DNA of 248,000 nucleotides, taken from positions 1,260,001-1,508,000 of the forward strand of contig JAMWBK010000001.1 of NCBI GenBank assembly GCA_029953675.1. Direction: 5' to 3'. Below the pieces are notes generated by a model. The model saw only the letters and a program-made list of their open reading frames with translations. It was not told where the DNA came from and made no database searches. The translations under genes and the position numbers were made by a program. This stretch comes from Rhodosorus marinus CCMP1338. Taxonomy: Eukaryota; Plantae; Rhodophyta. Shown here one piece after another: positions 166,251 through 179,590 of the stretch (the first letter of the stretch is position 1; the number at the start of each line of letters is the position of its first letter).

Positions 166251-167252
166251 TTAGTACAAAATCCCGCCGAGCATACCCTGGTAGACACCAGAAGCTGTTC
166301 GTATTATCAGAGGGCATCCTCCGGGGGTGTTGATACTGTACTGGGTGACTCCTTCCCCGCTAGAGAATAGGCGATTGTTGAAGAGAATAAGCCCAACCGT
166401 TCCTCCCACGTCCGATTCGCACTTCACCTCCAACTGCGCGTCAGCGATGTCGTAGGCAGTTACGCTGTCGCATCCAACATATAAAATCTTTAGATCTTCG
166501 GAAAGCACTAAACTTTCCACACAGGGAGATTTGACCTCGGCAACCACCTCAAGCGTATCCGGGTTCCACCGTCGTATGGTCTTAGTCAAGAGGCTTGGGA
166601 GGAACGGGTTAACTGCGTAGAGATCGGATTGTCCCCTGATCTCAAAATGAGCAATGTAGATCGTTCTGACTTCGTTCACCTTCGTGTAGTTCTGGGAAAC
166701 GTCGTACTGCATGACAATTCCTTCGCTCTTGAGCTCAGGAATATTGTACCCCACGTATAAATACTTGGCCGTGAGCGCAGCATCCACGGGCTCTAGTTGG
166801 AAGTTTCCGTACATCTCAGGTTTGATCTCAACCTCGGTCTGGAGGGTTATTGGCTCCATGATCTTGACGGATTTGCCCACTGGAGAGATCAAAAGCATTT
166901 TCTCTATGAGATCATCGCTCGAACCTCGGATGAAGATCGGTCCTTGTGACGTGAGGAGATTATCTCTCGTCTCAAGTAATTTCCCGTCCTCATCGATATG
167001 CCATCGACGAACGAAGCCGGCATCATCTGTTTTCTCCCACGTATACATGTATGAGCGGTACCGCATTACGGTCTTGTATCCTTCGCCACCTTCTTGAGGT
167101 TTAAGCATCTGCATCGCCCTGCTACCATTTCTGAGGCTGTGTGCAGCGTACAGCTCAATATTTCCCAGCTCATCAACAACCGCGACGTTGGTCTTACAAT
167201 GAGCCAGTGATCCTATCAAGCTGATGAGCACGAAAGCAAACACTACTTTCAT
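166251..167252 (-). CDS. Secreted 333-aa protein, probable beta-propeller (WD40/YVTN-like)
   Basis: Signal peptide; beta-strand-rich repeats (IRRWNP, LYVGCDSVTAYD, LFSSG). Confidence 0.65.
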   Translation of the reverse strand: MKVVFAFVLISLIGSLAHCKTNVAVVDELGNIELYAAHSLRNGSRAMQMLKPQEGGEGYKTVMRYRSYMYTWEKTDDAGFVRRWHIDEDGKLLETRDNLLTSQGPIFIRGSSDDLIEKMLLISPVGKSVKIMEPITLQTEVEIKPEMYGNFQLEPVDAALTAKYLYVGYNIPELKSEGIVMQYDVSQNYTKVNEVRTIYIAHFEIRGQSDLYAVNPFLPSLLTKTIRRWNPDTLEVVAEVKSPCVESLVLSEDLKILYVGCDSVTAYDIADAQLEVKCESDVGGTVGLILFNNRLFSSGEGVTQYSINTPGGCPLIIRTASGVYQGMLGGILY

Positions 167253-170200
167253 CTTCCAGCGCGCTTTTCTGTCTTCTCAGAAAGAGGTGTAAAAACCAAC
167301 CACGTCTGTTTTCGATCGGCGAAACCTAACTGAAATTTCAGCAGCAGACTACTACGAACGAATAGACTACTAGGAGCAATGCTAGGAATAGCTTGTTATC
167401 AGCTTCACACAGAAGAAACAGCGTGAACTTTCTTTTAAGCGTCTGCTTGGTTTGGCAGCCTCTCCAACAGATTCCTCTTATTCCCTCAACAAGTCGTTGC
167501 ACTAATTCTGTTCCAGTTGTTCCAGTTGCACCTTCCCCCTCTCGTGCCAAATGATGTTTCACAATCCCCACACTAAATTTATATACACTCTAGCAGTACC
167601 CCAGGTCCAAGCTCGCAAACGTCGACGTGGAGGTCTTTACCACTTTAGTTGGTTTTGTCTCTTTACGGCGTCTAGCCAAATCTCCAGATGGTTGGAACCA
167701 ATCAAAAGAGCTTTTTGGCGCATGCTAAAATTAGAACTTGACTTTAGATTTCGAACGGAAAGAGAATCTTCGCATATGATCGCCCAGTCTAGTTGTGTAC
167801 ATCTGAGGGGTCCAAAATTTTCTCCTCGCTGGGTAGAATATAATGGTGTTGTCATGTACCGTCCGATAAGGTTTATCGGACAGTACGGATATTTTTTGAA
167901 GTGGAAAGACTATTGAAACACAGCATAAGACGAATGGGTGTCCAAATAAAATTATTCGAAAACTAGGTCCGATTGCCCGTCCGATAAACAGGACCGATAA
168001 ATCGTCCGAAGTTCAATCAACGTTAGTCTAATAATCAATCATCTCCAGTCCAGGTATTGAATCATGATTACTTCTTGGAATGGCTCGTATATCATGAATC
168101 ATCATTACTTCTCCTCATGACCAGCTGACACTATCATGTAATGAATCATGATTATTTCTGGACTCGACAGGCTGGCAAACGTTGGTTGAAGATTGCGGTT
168201 AAGGTGGCAAGGACTTGGAGTAGAACAAGCGAGTCCCGAAGGGAGTTGTCTCGTGTCCTCTGGTAGCGTGAGTACTTTGGGGATCGACCATATGGTTGGT
168301 CGCGTTTCAGTGTCTTTTTGGGTTAACCCAGTGGTGGAGTTCAACCGCCGTTATTCTCGAGGCGAATTCTGTGTGCCGTTCGTATTCCTTAGCCCCCGGG
168401 GGACTTAATTCTCGGAGCAAGCCGAGTGGACTTTTTCTTCGAGCCACATAGCCAGGAGCTTCAATAGTTTGGTAACCATGAGTTCTGCCCGCATCGCAGA
168501 CATTGGCATTTTGTCGCCCGCTCTCGTCTATGAAATCGCTGAAACCCTCCCAGACCACACTCTTCTTCTTCCCCTTCCCTATTCTGCACTACTAGGAATT
168601 TCAACTACAGTTCCCGAACGAAGACTTTCCTTGCTGCCCTAGTGCTCGTAAAACCATCCTAGTGGACCTCGGAAAATATTGGGACCCTTACGTCCTCGGA
168701 ATTTGCTAGCCTTTGTAAGTGGATTATCAACGGTAAGTCCTTGGAATCTCGTAACTCTTGTATGTGGATTGGTACCGTTGGAAATGCAGACAGCAAATGA
168801 TCACATTGTTTATTCATCAACGGAAAAACCACCTGAGAGCAAGAAACCTAGCAAAACCCACCTGTACGATCCCACCGAAAAAGGTAGTAAGTCCTCGTAT
168901 ATTGATGAAAATCAAACCTTAGTCAAAACACAAACTCTGAAAAAGAAGAAATCCGAGCTAAGGGTAGGCGGGAGGGGCGGATCTCCATAAAGAGGAGCAG
169001 CAATGCAGCCCCAAATAACAAACCCTGAGCTCCTCCAGCAGCTTCAGTAGCCCCGCTGGCACAAGATGATTTCCTTCATCCACACAGCAATGGAACTAAA
169101 TCGATATCCTAAACATGCGAGGAGCAAAGAAGAGGCCATCAGCCCAGGTGGAGTCGGCAGGCACTGAAACCCTTGGATACTCCGCAGGACTTAATCCCTC
169201 GGTTCAAGTTCCTTTGCACTAGCTCATGCTCTCACACCCTATCACCAGATAGTTGGCCACCGCCTTATCTCCTCTTTCTACCACTTGCCCTGTTCCTTCC
169301 GCGACGGCTACTCTGACTTTCGAATATATTCTGAGTAGGGTTGTACCAAGTGAGTCGGGTTTTCCGCTGTGAACCCCTCTAAACCCCTTGTTTTCGCCGG
169401 CTTTTGAACATTTCTGGGTCGTAACCGAAAACCCGGCCCCCTTGGCACAACCCTATTCTGAGCAAGTCATAACCTGCTGCTTTTTTGTTGGTGATTAGCC
169501 AAGCAAAAGTTCCCCAACGCCCGCAGCGAACGACCACGCACCGAAAAAGACGCATTGAAATATATCTGACGCAATCGGTCGTTATCGGATCATTTATCGG
169601 ACGACGCATATCCAGTCTTTTATATTCAGGTCCGATTAACTCATATCGGACGGAGATCTGCAGAATATATCGTAATACAGGACGACCTGTATTATGTAAT
169701 AATCGGACGGTCCGATATTTATGGGACGCAATCGGACGTTTTTTTAGCGGACGGAGCCGGCAACCCTAAATTATAACAATTTCGCCAAAAATTCCGCAGA
169801 TGCAATTCCCCGGTTGCTCACCACCCCCCAGTCAAAAAAAAACGCCTTCCCCACCCTCTTCCATATGAATGATTTGCGCATGGAGCACGTAGGCAATGGA
169901 CCGACAGTGGTTGCATGCTTGCCGAGGCCCGCCACCGCCGCCTGGGCTTGCATGCTAATTTCCCTAGTCCTAGTTTCCTTTTGCGTCTTGCGTAGCACAT
170001 CAGGCTTTGTTAACATAACCACCGCAGCCGTGGTCGGAACTGTCGACCTCAGTGCCAAAGTGAGCGGGTTACTTAGCCTGGGTTTTGGGGAAGTCTTGGT
170101 GCCACGCTTGTTGTTTGGGTGCTCAAATCGGAATCCTCGAAAGCGGCCTGTTGCGATGTGTGTAAAACTTCAAAAAATTATCGGTACTATGTAATCGTGC

Positions 170201-171649
170201 CTTCCGATAACGATGATCGGACGGCACGATGATCGGACGGCACGATGATCGGACGGCACGATAATCGAACGGCACGATGATCGGACGGCACATGCCAGCG
170301 CTACTTATAGCCTTGCCTTGAAGATGGGTACAAAATCTACAGACGTCAGGCGGAGACAATGTTCACTATCTTCACAGCTGACAATGGGATCGGCAACGCT
170401 CATCCTGAAAATCAATATTTTCTAGCTAATCAATGCCACGTCAGATCATGTGGGGCTAGTCGTCGGATTTTTGCGCTAATCCAAAGTTTCCTGCTGTGGC
170501 GCATGAATGCCGCTTTGATGTTGGAGGCGCGAGTTCTTCGCCGCACTTAGTCTTTTTTTCCCCTCGGGGTTTTTTTTTCAGCCTCCGATTAAACCATTCG
170601 TTCGCAATCCAAAGTTGGTCCACCAAGTCAATGTTTGGCGATATTCCGCGATGTATAATCGATTCCTACGGATTGAACGAGTACAAATTGGTTTCACGGA
170701 ATATAAATTTGACTGATAAGAGACTGAATTGTGTGTTCAACGGAAGTGTTTATTACCCGACGTAGGGGTCTCGTCATCTTTCATTCATCATTGGTAACCA
170801 TGGCTATAATTAAATATAAAAACATTCTAACATTTAACTACTTCATACAATTTATTCTTTTTTCAGTTTGGAATGAACTACCATTTCTAAATATGCGTAT
170901 TTGCCAAACAACCGTGCGCCAACATAAGTACTCCATTAGGATCGATCTACTGTCTAATGAGTACCGTACCGTTACATGGAGACACTAAATATAGTAAGAA
171001 CCTTATTACCCCGGACTTCTCTGGTGTGTTGCTATTGGGAGGGGGAATGATGTCGAGCTGGTTGTGTAAATACATTTAATCCGAGACAGAAACCGGCAGA
171101 GACGCCGACTGGGAAAAGAGGTCGAGGATCACGCGCCTCCAAACATGAAAGTAGTGTTCATACGCCACAGAAGGAAACTCAAACGGGTAAACCACGAGGC
171201 TGTTGTGCCTGTAGTCGCGAAGCCAACGGGAATTAACGGAAACCACCTGAACGCATAAACGGGGTCTTACGATAAAGCCCCCTGTGTACTTCACTTCTTG
171301 TGCGTTGGTGTATTGAACACGACTGTGTGCGCGACGAGCAGAGTTGGAGAGGTCCTTGTCCAATGAGCTAGGACTAGGTTTGGAAGATTGATAGGGGTGA
171401 AAGGATGTGGCAGGGGACCCCCAAAACTTTGACGTGGTGATAGTTGATGTGGAGCTGACGTGGTTTATAGTCATGACCGTGAGAGTGTGGACTTCTTTTG
171501 GTTTTTGCGTGTTGTGTGCATGAAAAAGTCTCATGAAGGTTTCATGCAGGTCTTTCGCAGGTTCCTGTATCCACGGTTCCCTTCCCCAACCTCCTACCTC
171601 CTCCACACCGGACGTCATTCGTTTGGACGATGTGGTTTCACCAGGCAAG

Positions 171650-174600
171650 CATTGGCTGGCTGGCTTTACTGGGCTGGACTTGACTGGACTTTACTAGCAT
171701 AGCCTGAAGCGCTACGCAAGGCGTGAAGATGAACTAGTAACTAGGGAGGGAAGCATGCAACCCCAGGCGCCGATGGCGCGCCTCGGAAAGCATGTGGCTG
171801 GAATATCGCCAAAGGGAGACACTTAAACGCCTCAAGAGCGCCAAATATTCAGTAGGATGCTCAGCAAAACATTTCCGCATCCACTCTAAACCCGACTTAT
171901 CCACGTGACCAAAGCTTTCCACAATTGAATGGCTGGAACCGGTGAGAGCGACCCTCAGCGCAAGGCAGACTGGCCATGCTCTCAGCATACCGTCGTTCCT
172001 TAACTCTTCGAAGGGCTGAAGCCGCGGCCCCCCGGCGGCGGGCGGCTGCGGTGAGGTGGACGCTGGCCACGGGGCAGGTAATCGCAAGGTCCAAATATGT
172101 TGAGCGTCTGGCAGCAGCGTCGGAGACGAGGAGATCGGCTATACAACGGGGCGGTGCAGAGTCCGAGATTGATCTGGGCAGTTCCGACTCAACCTCAACC
172201 GTATGCCCTATCCGAGTCAAAATTCGCTGAGGATGTACTTGAGGCGAGTGTGACGCCTCGTACGGAGACCTCTCAACAGTCCGCAGGAACCCAGGAAGTG
172301 GTAGCCACAAGCGTCAATCCGGCTCTCACATCCCTGACAGAAAGACGGCCGATTAGAGTGCCACGGAGCCTGTGGCAAACCGAGAGAGATCCGTGCGGCA
172401 GAACGGAACTTGAAAGCATCGAGACGATGACTCAATGACGACGGTAGAGTGGTTAACCACAAGTGCGAGAGGTGGCCTCCCATGCCGCGGAGACGAGCGG
172501 CAGTGGTAGGCGGCGTGAGAGGAGAATTGAGCATGACTGTGTGAGCGGCACTGTGTTGGCCCCAGGTGAGGCTATGTTGAATCACATCAGTGCGGGAGCT
172601 CCACAATCGGCTCAAACCCGGGTAGTCTGCAACAAGTGACCCGGGGCTAGCCTCTCCGTCATCGGAAAGAACTCGGTCGAGGGGAGAATCCTCAATCGCT
172701 TCAGCTCGTCCCCATAACAGCTCCCTCCAGGAACGAAAGCGGGACCTATTTGCGCCCGGCACGGCGTTGCACCTCCTGAACGCGTGTTGAAGACCATCAT
172801 AAATTGTCAAAAGCGGGGGCGGCAGGGTCACTGGATCCTCGTTGGTCAAAGCTCGAGCCAAGAGGCAGGCACTTCGCATCTGGAAGGTCACCAACGTTCG
172901 CAGCGCGGTAGCCCAGGAGGCAACTACCTGCTGGCGAGCATACCAGCCCACGGTCTGCGACGCCGAATCCCCCTAATCGCAACGGTAGAGCGATCTGTGC
173001 ACGAATCAAGTCCCTGTCGGGAGCAGCTTCAAGATCGAGGGGCTCATCCAAGAGCGTTCCCCAGTGTTGCAGGGTCATCTCGTCGGCTTTAGCCGCGATC
173101 CACGAGCCCCAAGCTGGAGGCAGGCTGCGCAACCAGTAGTTGAGTCTGGGACCGGCACAAAAGCGGGAAAGCAAGCAGGCCGATTGCAGCATGCTGTCGG
173201 GTAGGTGCTCAATGGCGTCGGTGAGTTGCTTGTGCTGTGCCAAAACTCGCTCGCAGGATGCTTGGACAAAGTTTTCAGTGCCCAATCCGACGCCGTGGTG
173301 TTCAAACCCTTCACGTTCGCTGATTAGTCGCAGAGTGGGTGGCAGAGAGGCCAGCGACACGTCCCTCGGGGGGAGAAAGCGACATTTTTCTGTTTCCACA
173401 GTCAAACCGACGCGACGTGCAATCGCTTCGATCTCGGTCAGGCCCCCTAGCCAGGGTGTCAGGGGTGCCCAGCAATGTTACGGCATCGTGGTACGCGCAG
173501 ATTCGAAGATCCGAGACGTCAGTCGAAAGACGTAAAAGTACGAGCTGTAGGGCACAGGCATGAAGAAGAGGTCCGCAAGGGTCGCCTTGTTGGACGCCAG
173601 TATGTGCTTGAAAAACAGTGCCCTCCGTTGTCAAGTAGGGGAGGCTCTCCCCTCCGTAAATACCCGACAGAAACGGCCACGCCTCCCTAAACACCCGTCG
173701 GAGCTCCTCTAGCGCATGCGTCCGCGACACGCTGTTGAATGCGTTCCGGAAATCAACCACCAAGACTCCCCACTCCGGCCTACTGGCGCGTTCTAGCTCG
173801 ATCCCATGGGTAATCAGTTCGCAACCCCCAGAAAATCCCACCCCTACTTGCAAGGGCGCCATAAAAGCTGTGACTCGCTGGCGAAGGCGCTGGCATAGCC
173901 ACCTCCCGGCTAACTTCCGTAGGCTCTCCACCATCCCGATCGGCCGGAGATGCGGGTGGGCCGGCTGGTGGTCAGGTTTCGTGAGCAAGCAAAGCTCTGC
174001 CGCCGGAGATGTTCCCATGGCGCAGACGCACCCGATACGCCCTGGAACAACTTGTTAAGGATCCTCAGAAGCGCGCTCTGGCCTGGCTGGCTCAGGGCCT
174101 GCAATAGATCTGTTCTTAGTCCGGAGGGTCCGGGACAGCGTCCCCGACGCGAGGTACGAAGCAAATCCTCCAGGTCAGACTCACCGGACTTGACTAGCAT
174201 AGCCTGAAACGCTACGCAAACCGTGAAAAGGAACTAAGAACTAGGTAGAGAAGCGTGCAAACCCAGGCGCCGATGGCGCGCCTCGGCAAGCATGCTGCTC
174301 TAATATCGCCACAGAGAGACACTTAAACGCCACAAAAGTTCCAAGTATTCAACAGGATGCTCGGTGAAACATTTCCGCAACCACTCTAAACCCGACTTCT
174401 CCACGTGACCAGAGCTTTCCACAATGAAAGGCTGGAACCGGTGGGAGCGACCCTCAGCGCGAGGCAGACGGCCATACTCTCAGCATACCGTCGTTCTTTC
174501 ACTCGGCGAAGGGCCGAAGCAGCTGCTCCCCGGCGGCGAACGGCGGCCGTGAGATGGGCGCTTGCCATAGGGCATGTAATCGCGAGGTCAACATAAACTG

Positions 174601-174890
174601 AGCGTCTGGCGGCAGCATCGGAGACAAGGAGATCTGCGATACAGCGCGGCGGTGCCCTATCCGAGAACGATCTGGGTAGTTCCGATTCCACCTCAACCGT
174701 ATGCCCTACCCGAGTCAAACATTCGCTGAGGATGTACTTGAAGCGAGCGTGATGCCTCGTACTAAGACCTCTCAACAGTCCGCATGAACCTAAGAAATGG
174801 TAACCACAAGCATCGATCCGACTCTCACATCCCTGACAGAAAGACGGCCGATTAGAGTGCCACGGGGCTTGTGGCAAACCAGGTAAATCC
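171650..174890 (-). mobile_element. Family A copies (young 2.5-kb copy with frameshifts plus older copy)
   Basis: RT and RLE motifs; mixed tails. Confidence 0.85.
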
Positions 174891-176462
174891 GTGCGCGGAG
174901 CGAAACGCTCCGAGCTGGTCCTAGCCAGAGGACCAGCTCGGAAAAGCGAAGTGGAGGTTTGTAGAAGCGAATGACCTTTGTGCCGGAGATATGGGGGATA
175001 TTACCACCTTCGTTCAATGCCGCTCTCCTGATCTTCTGCTCTTGCACTCGCGGTCACCGGCTGTCAATGAAATCCTCCCGACAAACGCTGATGGCCATTT
175101 TCTGAGTTCTAGCTTCTACATTTAGACGTATTCTCCATATATATATCTGAAAAACTGATACTGTTTATTTACGGACGAGTTTTTCCTATATTTTGACCAC
175201 ACGAAAGGTTGAGGCTTGCCCAGATAACCGCCGCTGCTGACCGCCCTAAGTGAATGGATCGTCACATTTCTTCGCACCTGGCGCTGTTGGTGATTGTCCG
175301 TCTGGCAAGGCCCCTTCTTTGAAAACGCCGAGTGCTGATTCTACGAAACGTATGCCATGAGCGCGTCAGGTGGCGACTCGCAGAGTATCGACACGGCGAA
175401 GCCTTTACGTGCCGCCGAACGACATGAATTGGATTAGTTTGGACTTGTTGACGTAAATTGGCGTGGGCAAGCCACTAGCAACACATAAGCCCCTTCAGAA
175501 AAGAAGAATAAACAGCAGAGTCTCGCGGCTGGTTTTGAAATTCAAAAGAGACCGCGGCTGAGAAATGACCCTGGCAAATGGAAAACCCTTTTGAAGTCAG
175601 ATGTGCAGCCCTTTGGTGTTGTTCCACACGAACCATTCTGGCGTTAGGAGTTTGGCCTGTGTCAGGATTCATCTAGGATTGCCAGTGTTTGATGATCGTG
175701 ACACGAAACTTGCTGAAAAAAAAACACGAGACGAGCCCTCATCATACGGCATCAACTCTCTTTCCATCGAGGTATTGCAAAGTGCAAAGATCGGCTGATG
175801 TTGTCGAACCCTCCCCCGGGCAACAGCAGCGAAGCACATTCGACGATAAAATTCGATGCTCGTGGTTGAGGGCGGTTCTTGCCTTTTCGTCTACCGTAGT
175901 CGTAGAATCGCCAGCAACAATCTTGTTGATCCCCGAGCAGATGGCTAGAACTGATGAATGCTGAAGTTGGGTTTTGGGTGGCTCTCTTTCCAACTGACGA
176001 AAACAAGGACCGTAGCGATTGTATCCCTCAGCCATTTCAACCAGCGCGTTTGCGTGTCTTTTTTTTCGTTCTCACCATCTGCCTTCGGTGGTTTGACGAG
176101 CGCAACTATGAGCAAATCTCTTACATTCTTGTTTCCCAAGAGAAACGGCCACCTGCCTTCTGGTAAGATGTGGAGCTAGAACATAGTTGTTGATGAAGTT
176201 GATATCGAGGGTAGCCAACTTGACTCTGGTTGATTGGTGGAGTTAGCTGTTGGCGGTAGTAGTTTTACTAGTTCGCCCTCGTCGTGGGTACCGTCGTTCT
176301 CGCTCCATCCCTCATGCTTTCGAAGCAGTTGAGCAAAGCGATAAAAGGAGTCAAGCGGGAGTTTACGATATCTTCAACCGTGCGAATGATCGGCAATGTG
176401 AAAAGGAGGTGTAGGAAAATATACATGGTCCAGACGGAAGCTGACGAGGAAATTGAGAGGCA

Positions 176463-176978
176463 ATGCAGGTGCTTGCGAGGGTGTTGTTTGTCTTGCTGTC
176501 ACTGGCGGCGTACTCACTCGCTTCGCCTGTGATGAAATCGCACTTTGAAGCTGTTGAGGTCGCTGAAGTCGCTCGGCCGGTTGTTCTGGGGCTAGACTGT
176601 CTTGAGAGCTGTATTGACAACTGCGACTATATGTACACAAAATACAGTTCGTCGTGGTTCGTTTGTAAGAGAGCCTGTAAGAACCTGTGCGGATCGTTTA
176701 CCACCAAGCCGGATCCCACTCACGGTACAGACGACGATGGCGATGATGATTCCGAGAACTTTCTCGAGCTCTCGCCTAATGGTAAAGTCGAGGTAGCCAC
176801 TTCCGGGTATGATTGTCTGGGGAGATGCGTCAAGGGCTGCGACGAAGAATATGCCAAATATAGTTCATCATGGTTCGTATGTAAAAAGTCATGCAAGAAC
176901 ATTTGCGGGTCGCTCACGACGCCTCCGGATCCGACGCATGGCGATGATGAGGATGGCGAAACATTGTGGTCTGGTTAG
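176463..176978 (+). CDS. Secreted protein with two tandem six-Cys (CX3CX3C..CX3CX3C) domains
   Basis: Signal peptide; CLESCIDNC..SWFVCKRACKNLC and CLGRCVKGC..SWFVCKKSCKNIC, each followed by PDPTHG and an acidic linker. Confidence 0.75.
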   Translation: MQVLARVLFVLLSLAAYSLASPVMKSHFEAVEVAEVARPVVLGLDCLESCIDNCDYMYTKYSSSWFVCKRACKNLCGSFTTKPDPTHGTDDDGDDDSENFLELSPNGKVEVATSGYDCLGRCVKGCDEEYAKYSSSWFVCKKSCKNICGSLTTPPDPTHGDDEDGETLWSG

Positions 176979-178588
176979 CAGTAGTTTTGGTATGGCTTTC
177001 TAGAGCTCAGTTTATTGGGAAATGGTCAAGTTGTGGGGCTCTTCGCTCACTGAGTAAGCTCATTGTGTCTAGATAAATCGATCCACGGCCAACGTTAAAC
177101 AAGGTCTTTGCAAAACGAGCAAGCAACCGTGGTCATCCGACCACCAATGCGCCGAGGGCATCACCATATTTGGCTCGTTTCCTCGCTTCAGCATTGGCAG
177201 CGACATAGCCAGTTTGACAGACGGGGAGAGCGATCAGATGGGCGCGTATATGGGGACTCCCGCTTAACAAAAATTCATTCAACATCAAGAACACTCTGCA
177301 TCCGGTACGATGATGACGAGCAACAATGTCTCGTCGGATACGGTTACCCCTAAAAAGTTGTCTCAACCGAACCTCATGAATGAAGCCACCATGAATGAGC
177401 CACCGCCATAAATGACGCGCCAGGTCATCACAAATGAGACTATGACTCAAAGTCTAACTCCCGGCCGAAGTTGGGCGTTGGAATAAGCGTTGAATCCCAT
177501 GTGGAAAGCCACCGATATTTGAGCTATCGGGATGCCATCGGGAATCGCAGTGAGTTCCAATTCGAGGCTGCACGGTGTTCTGAGAAGCGGGGAACAAGAC
177601 GCTAATGACGCTGCAACGAAAAGTAGCATTGGAACGCCAGAGTATAAAGGACTATTCTGTGAGGGGGTTACTCGTGTTGTGCCTGGTGTTCACAATCTCG
177701 CCCTATGGCAATACATTATGTTTCCGCCAGTTGGTTCAGACAACTCCTCTGCCCTCCAGCTTCCTGCGCAAGAGAGATTCAACGACGATGCTTAAATTCC
177801 GAACAATCAGCAGGAGCGATGAGTACATCCTACGCAGGAGACTGGAGGAGAGCCGTGGCGGAGGAGCTTAGCTCGTTAAGATCAACCAATACGTGGAGCC
177901 TCATCAACAGTTCAGAAGTATCGATGGGGAAGAAAATTTTGCAGTCAAGCACCGTGCTGCAAGGGAAGCGAGCTCTAGACGGCTTTGTTCAACGCTTCAA
178001 AGTGAGAATAGTTGCGAAGGGCTTCACGCAACGAGGAGGTATCGGTTACGAGGAAATTTTCTCCCCATGGTCGATTCCTGTGGCTGCTGCATGTATAGCT
178101 CCTTTTTCAGAACTCCATTTAGACAAGCAGTCTTAACATTAACCTGCTCGATATTTCCGGATCATCCCTAGGGCTAGCGTGGTAAAAGGGCCATAGGGGC
178201 ACGTTAGTCCTAGGGATGATCCGGCAAGTCCTATGTAGGTTTCGATGAATGGTTTCGATGAATGGTTTCGATGGGCTTTACTAGCATAGCCTGAAGCGCT
178301 ACGCAAGGCGTGAAGATGAACTAACAACTAGGGAGGGAAGCATGGTTTCGATAGGGCGGGCGATAATAAAAATCATTCGAGGAGTAAAAAAAATCATTCG
178401 AGGAGTACCCCTCGATGCTGAAGCATTTCGACAGGGGCCATAGCGCCAAGTTTAGTGGTTTTTAATTGCCCTATCTCCGTGAACAACAAGAGGTATATTG
178501 TAGCTGGCGCAAGGCAGGCTGCTGAGTATGCGAGTCCACTTGTCCGCTCAGAACATAGTATGCTGTATCGGAGCTGAGGTAAAAGCTT

Positions 178589-179590
178589 TTAGTACAAAAT
178601 CCCGCCGAGCATACCCTGGTAGACACCAGAAGCTGTTCGTATTATCAGAGGGCATCCTCCGGGGGTGTTGATACTGTACTGGGTGACTCCTTCCCCGCTA
178701 GAGAATAGGCGATTGTTGAAGAGAATAAGCCCAACCGTTCCTCCCAAGTCCGATTCGCACTTCCTCTCAAACTGCGCGTCAGCGATGTCGTAGGCAGTTA
178801 CGCTGTCGCATCCAACATATAAAATCTTTAGATCTTCGGAAAGTACTAAACTTTGCACACAGGGAGAATTGACCTCGGCAACCACCTCAAGCGTCTCCGG
178901 GTTCCACCGTCGTATGGTCTTAGTCAAGAGGCTTGGGGGGAACGGGTTAACTGTGTAGAGATCGGATTGTCCCCTGATCTCAAAATGAGTAATGTAAATC
179001 GTTCTGGCTTCGTTCACCTTCGTGTAGTTCTGGGAAACGTCGTACTGCATGACAATTCCTTCTCTCTCGAGCTCAGGAATACTGTACCCCACGTATAAAT
179101 ACTTGGCCGTGAGCGCAGCATCCACGGGCTCTAGTTGGAAGTTTCCGTACATCTCAGGTTTGATTTCAACCTCGGTCTGGAGGGTTATTGGCTCCATGAT
179201 CCTGACGGATTTGCCCGCTGGAGAGATCAAAAGCATTTTCTCTATGAGATCATCACTCGAACCTCGGATGAAGATCGGTCCTTGTGACGTGAGGAGATTA
179301 TCTCTCGTCTCAAGTAATTTCCCGTCCTCATCGATATGCCATCGACGAACGAAGCCGGCATCATCTGTTTTCTCCCACGTATACATGTATGAGCGGTACC
179401 GCATTACGGTCTTGTATCCTTCGCCACCTTCTTGAGGTTTAAGCATCTGCATCGCCCTGCTACCATTTCTGAGGCTGTGTGCAGCGTACAGCTCAATATT
179501 TCCCAGCTCATCAACAACCGCGACGTTGGTCTTACAATGAGCCAGTGATCCTATCAAGCTGATGAGCACGAAAGCAAACACTACTTTCAT
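178589..179590 (-). CDS. Secreted 333-aa probable beta-propeller, copy 2
   Basis: Near-identical to 166251-167252. Confidence 0.65.
   Translation of the reverse strand: MKVVFAFVLISLIGSLAHCKTNVAVVDELGNIELYAAHSLRNGSRAMQMLKPQEGGEGYKTVMRYRSYMYTWEKTDDAGFVRRWHIDEDGKLLETRDNLLTSQGPIFIRGSSDDLIEKMLLISPAGKSVRIMEPITLQTEVEIKPEMYGNFQLEPVDAALTAKYLYVGYSIPELEREGIVMQYDVSQNYTKVNEARTIYITHFEIRGQSDLYTVNPFPPSLLTKTIRRWNPETLEVVAEVNSPCVQSLVLSEDLKILYVGCDSVTAYDIADAQFERKCESDLGGTVGLILFNNRLFSSGEGVTQYSINTPGGCPLIIRTASGVYQGMLGGILY

Larger units (their letters stand above)
157283..170905 (+). repeat. Segmental duplication copy 1 (copy 2 at 175224-182775)
   Basis: Colinear, highly similar, including two host genes; differential TE insertions. 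Confidence 0.88.
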
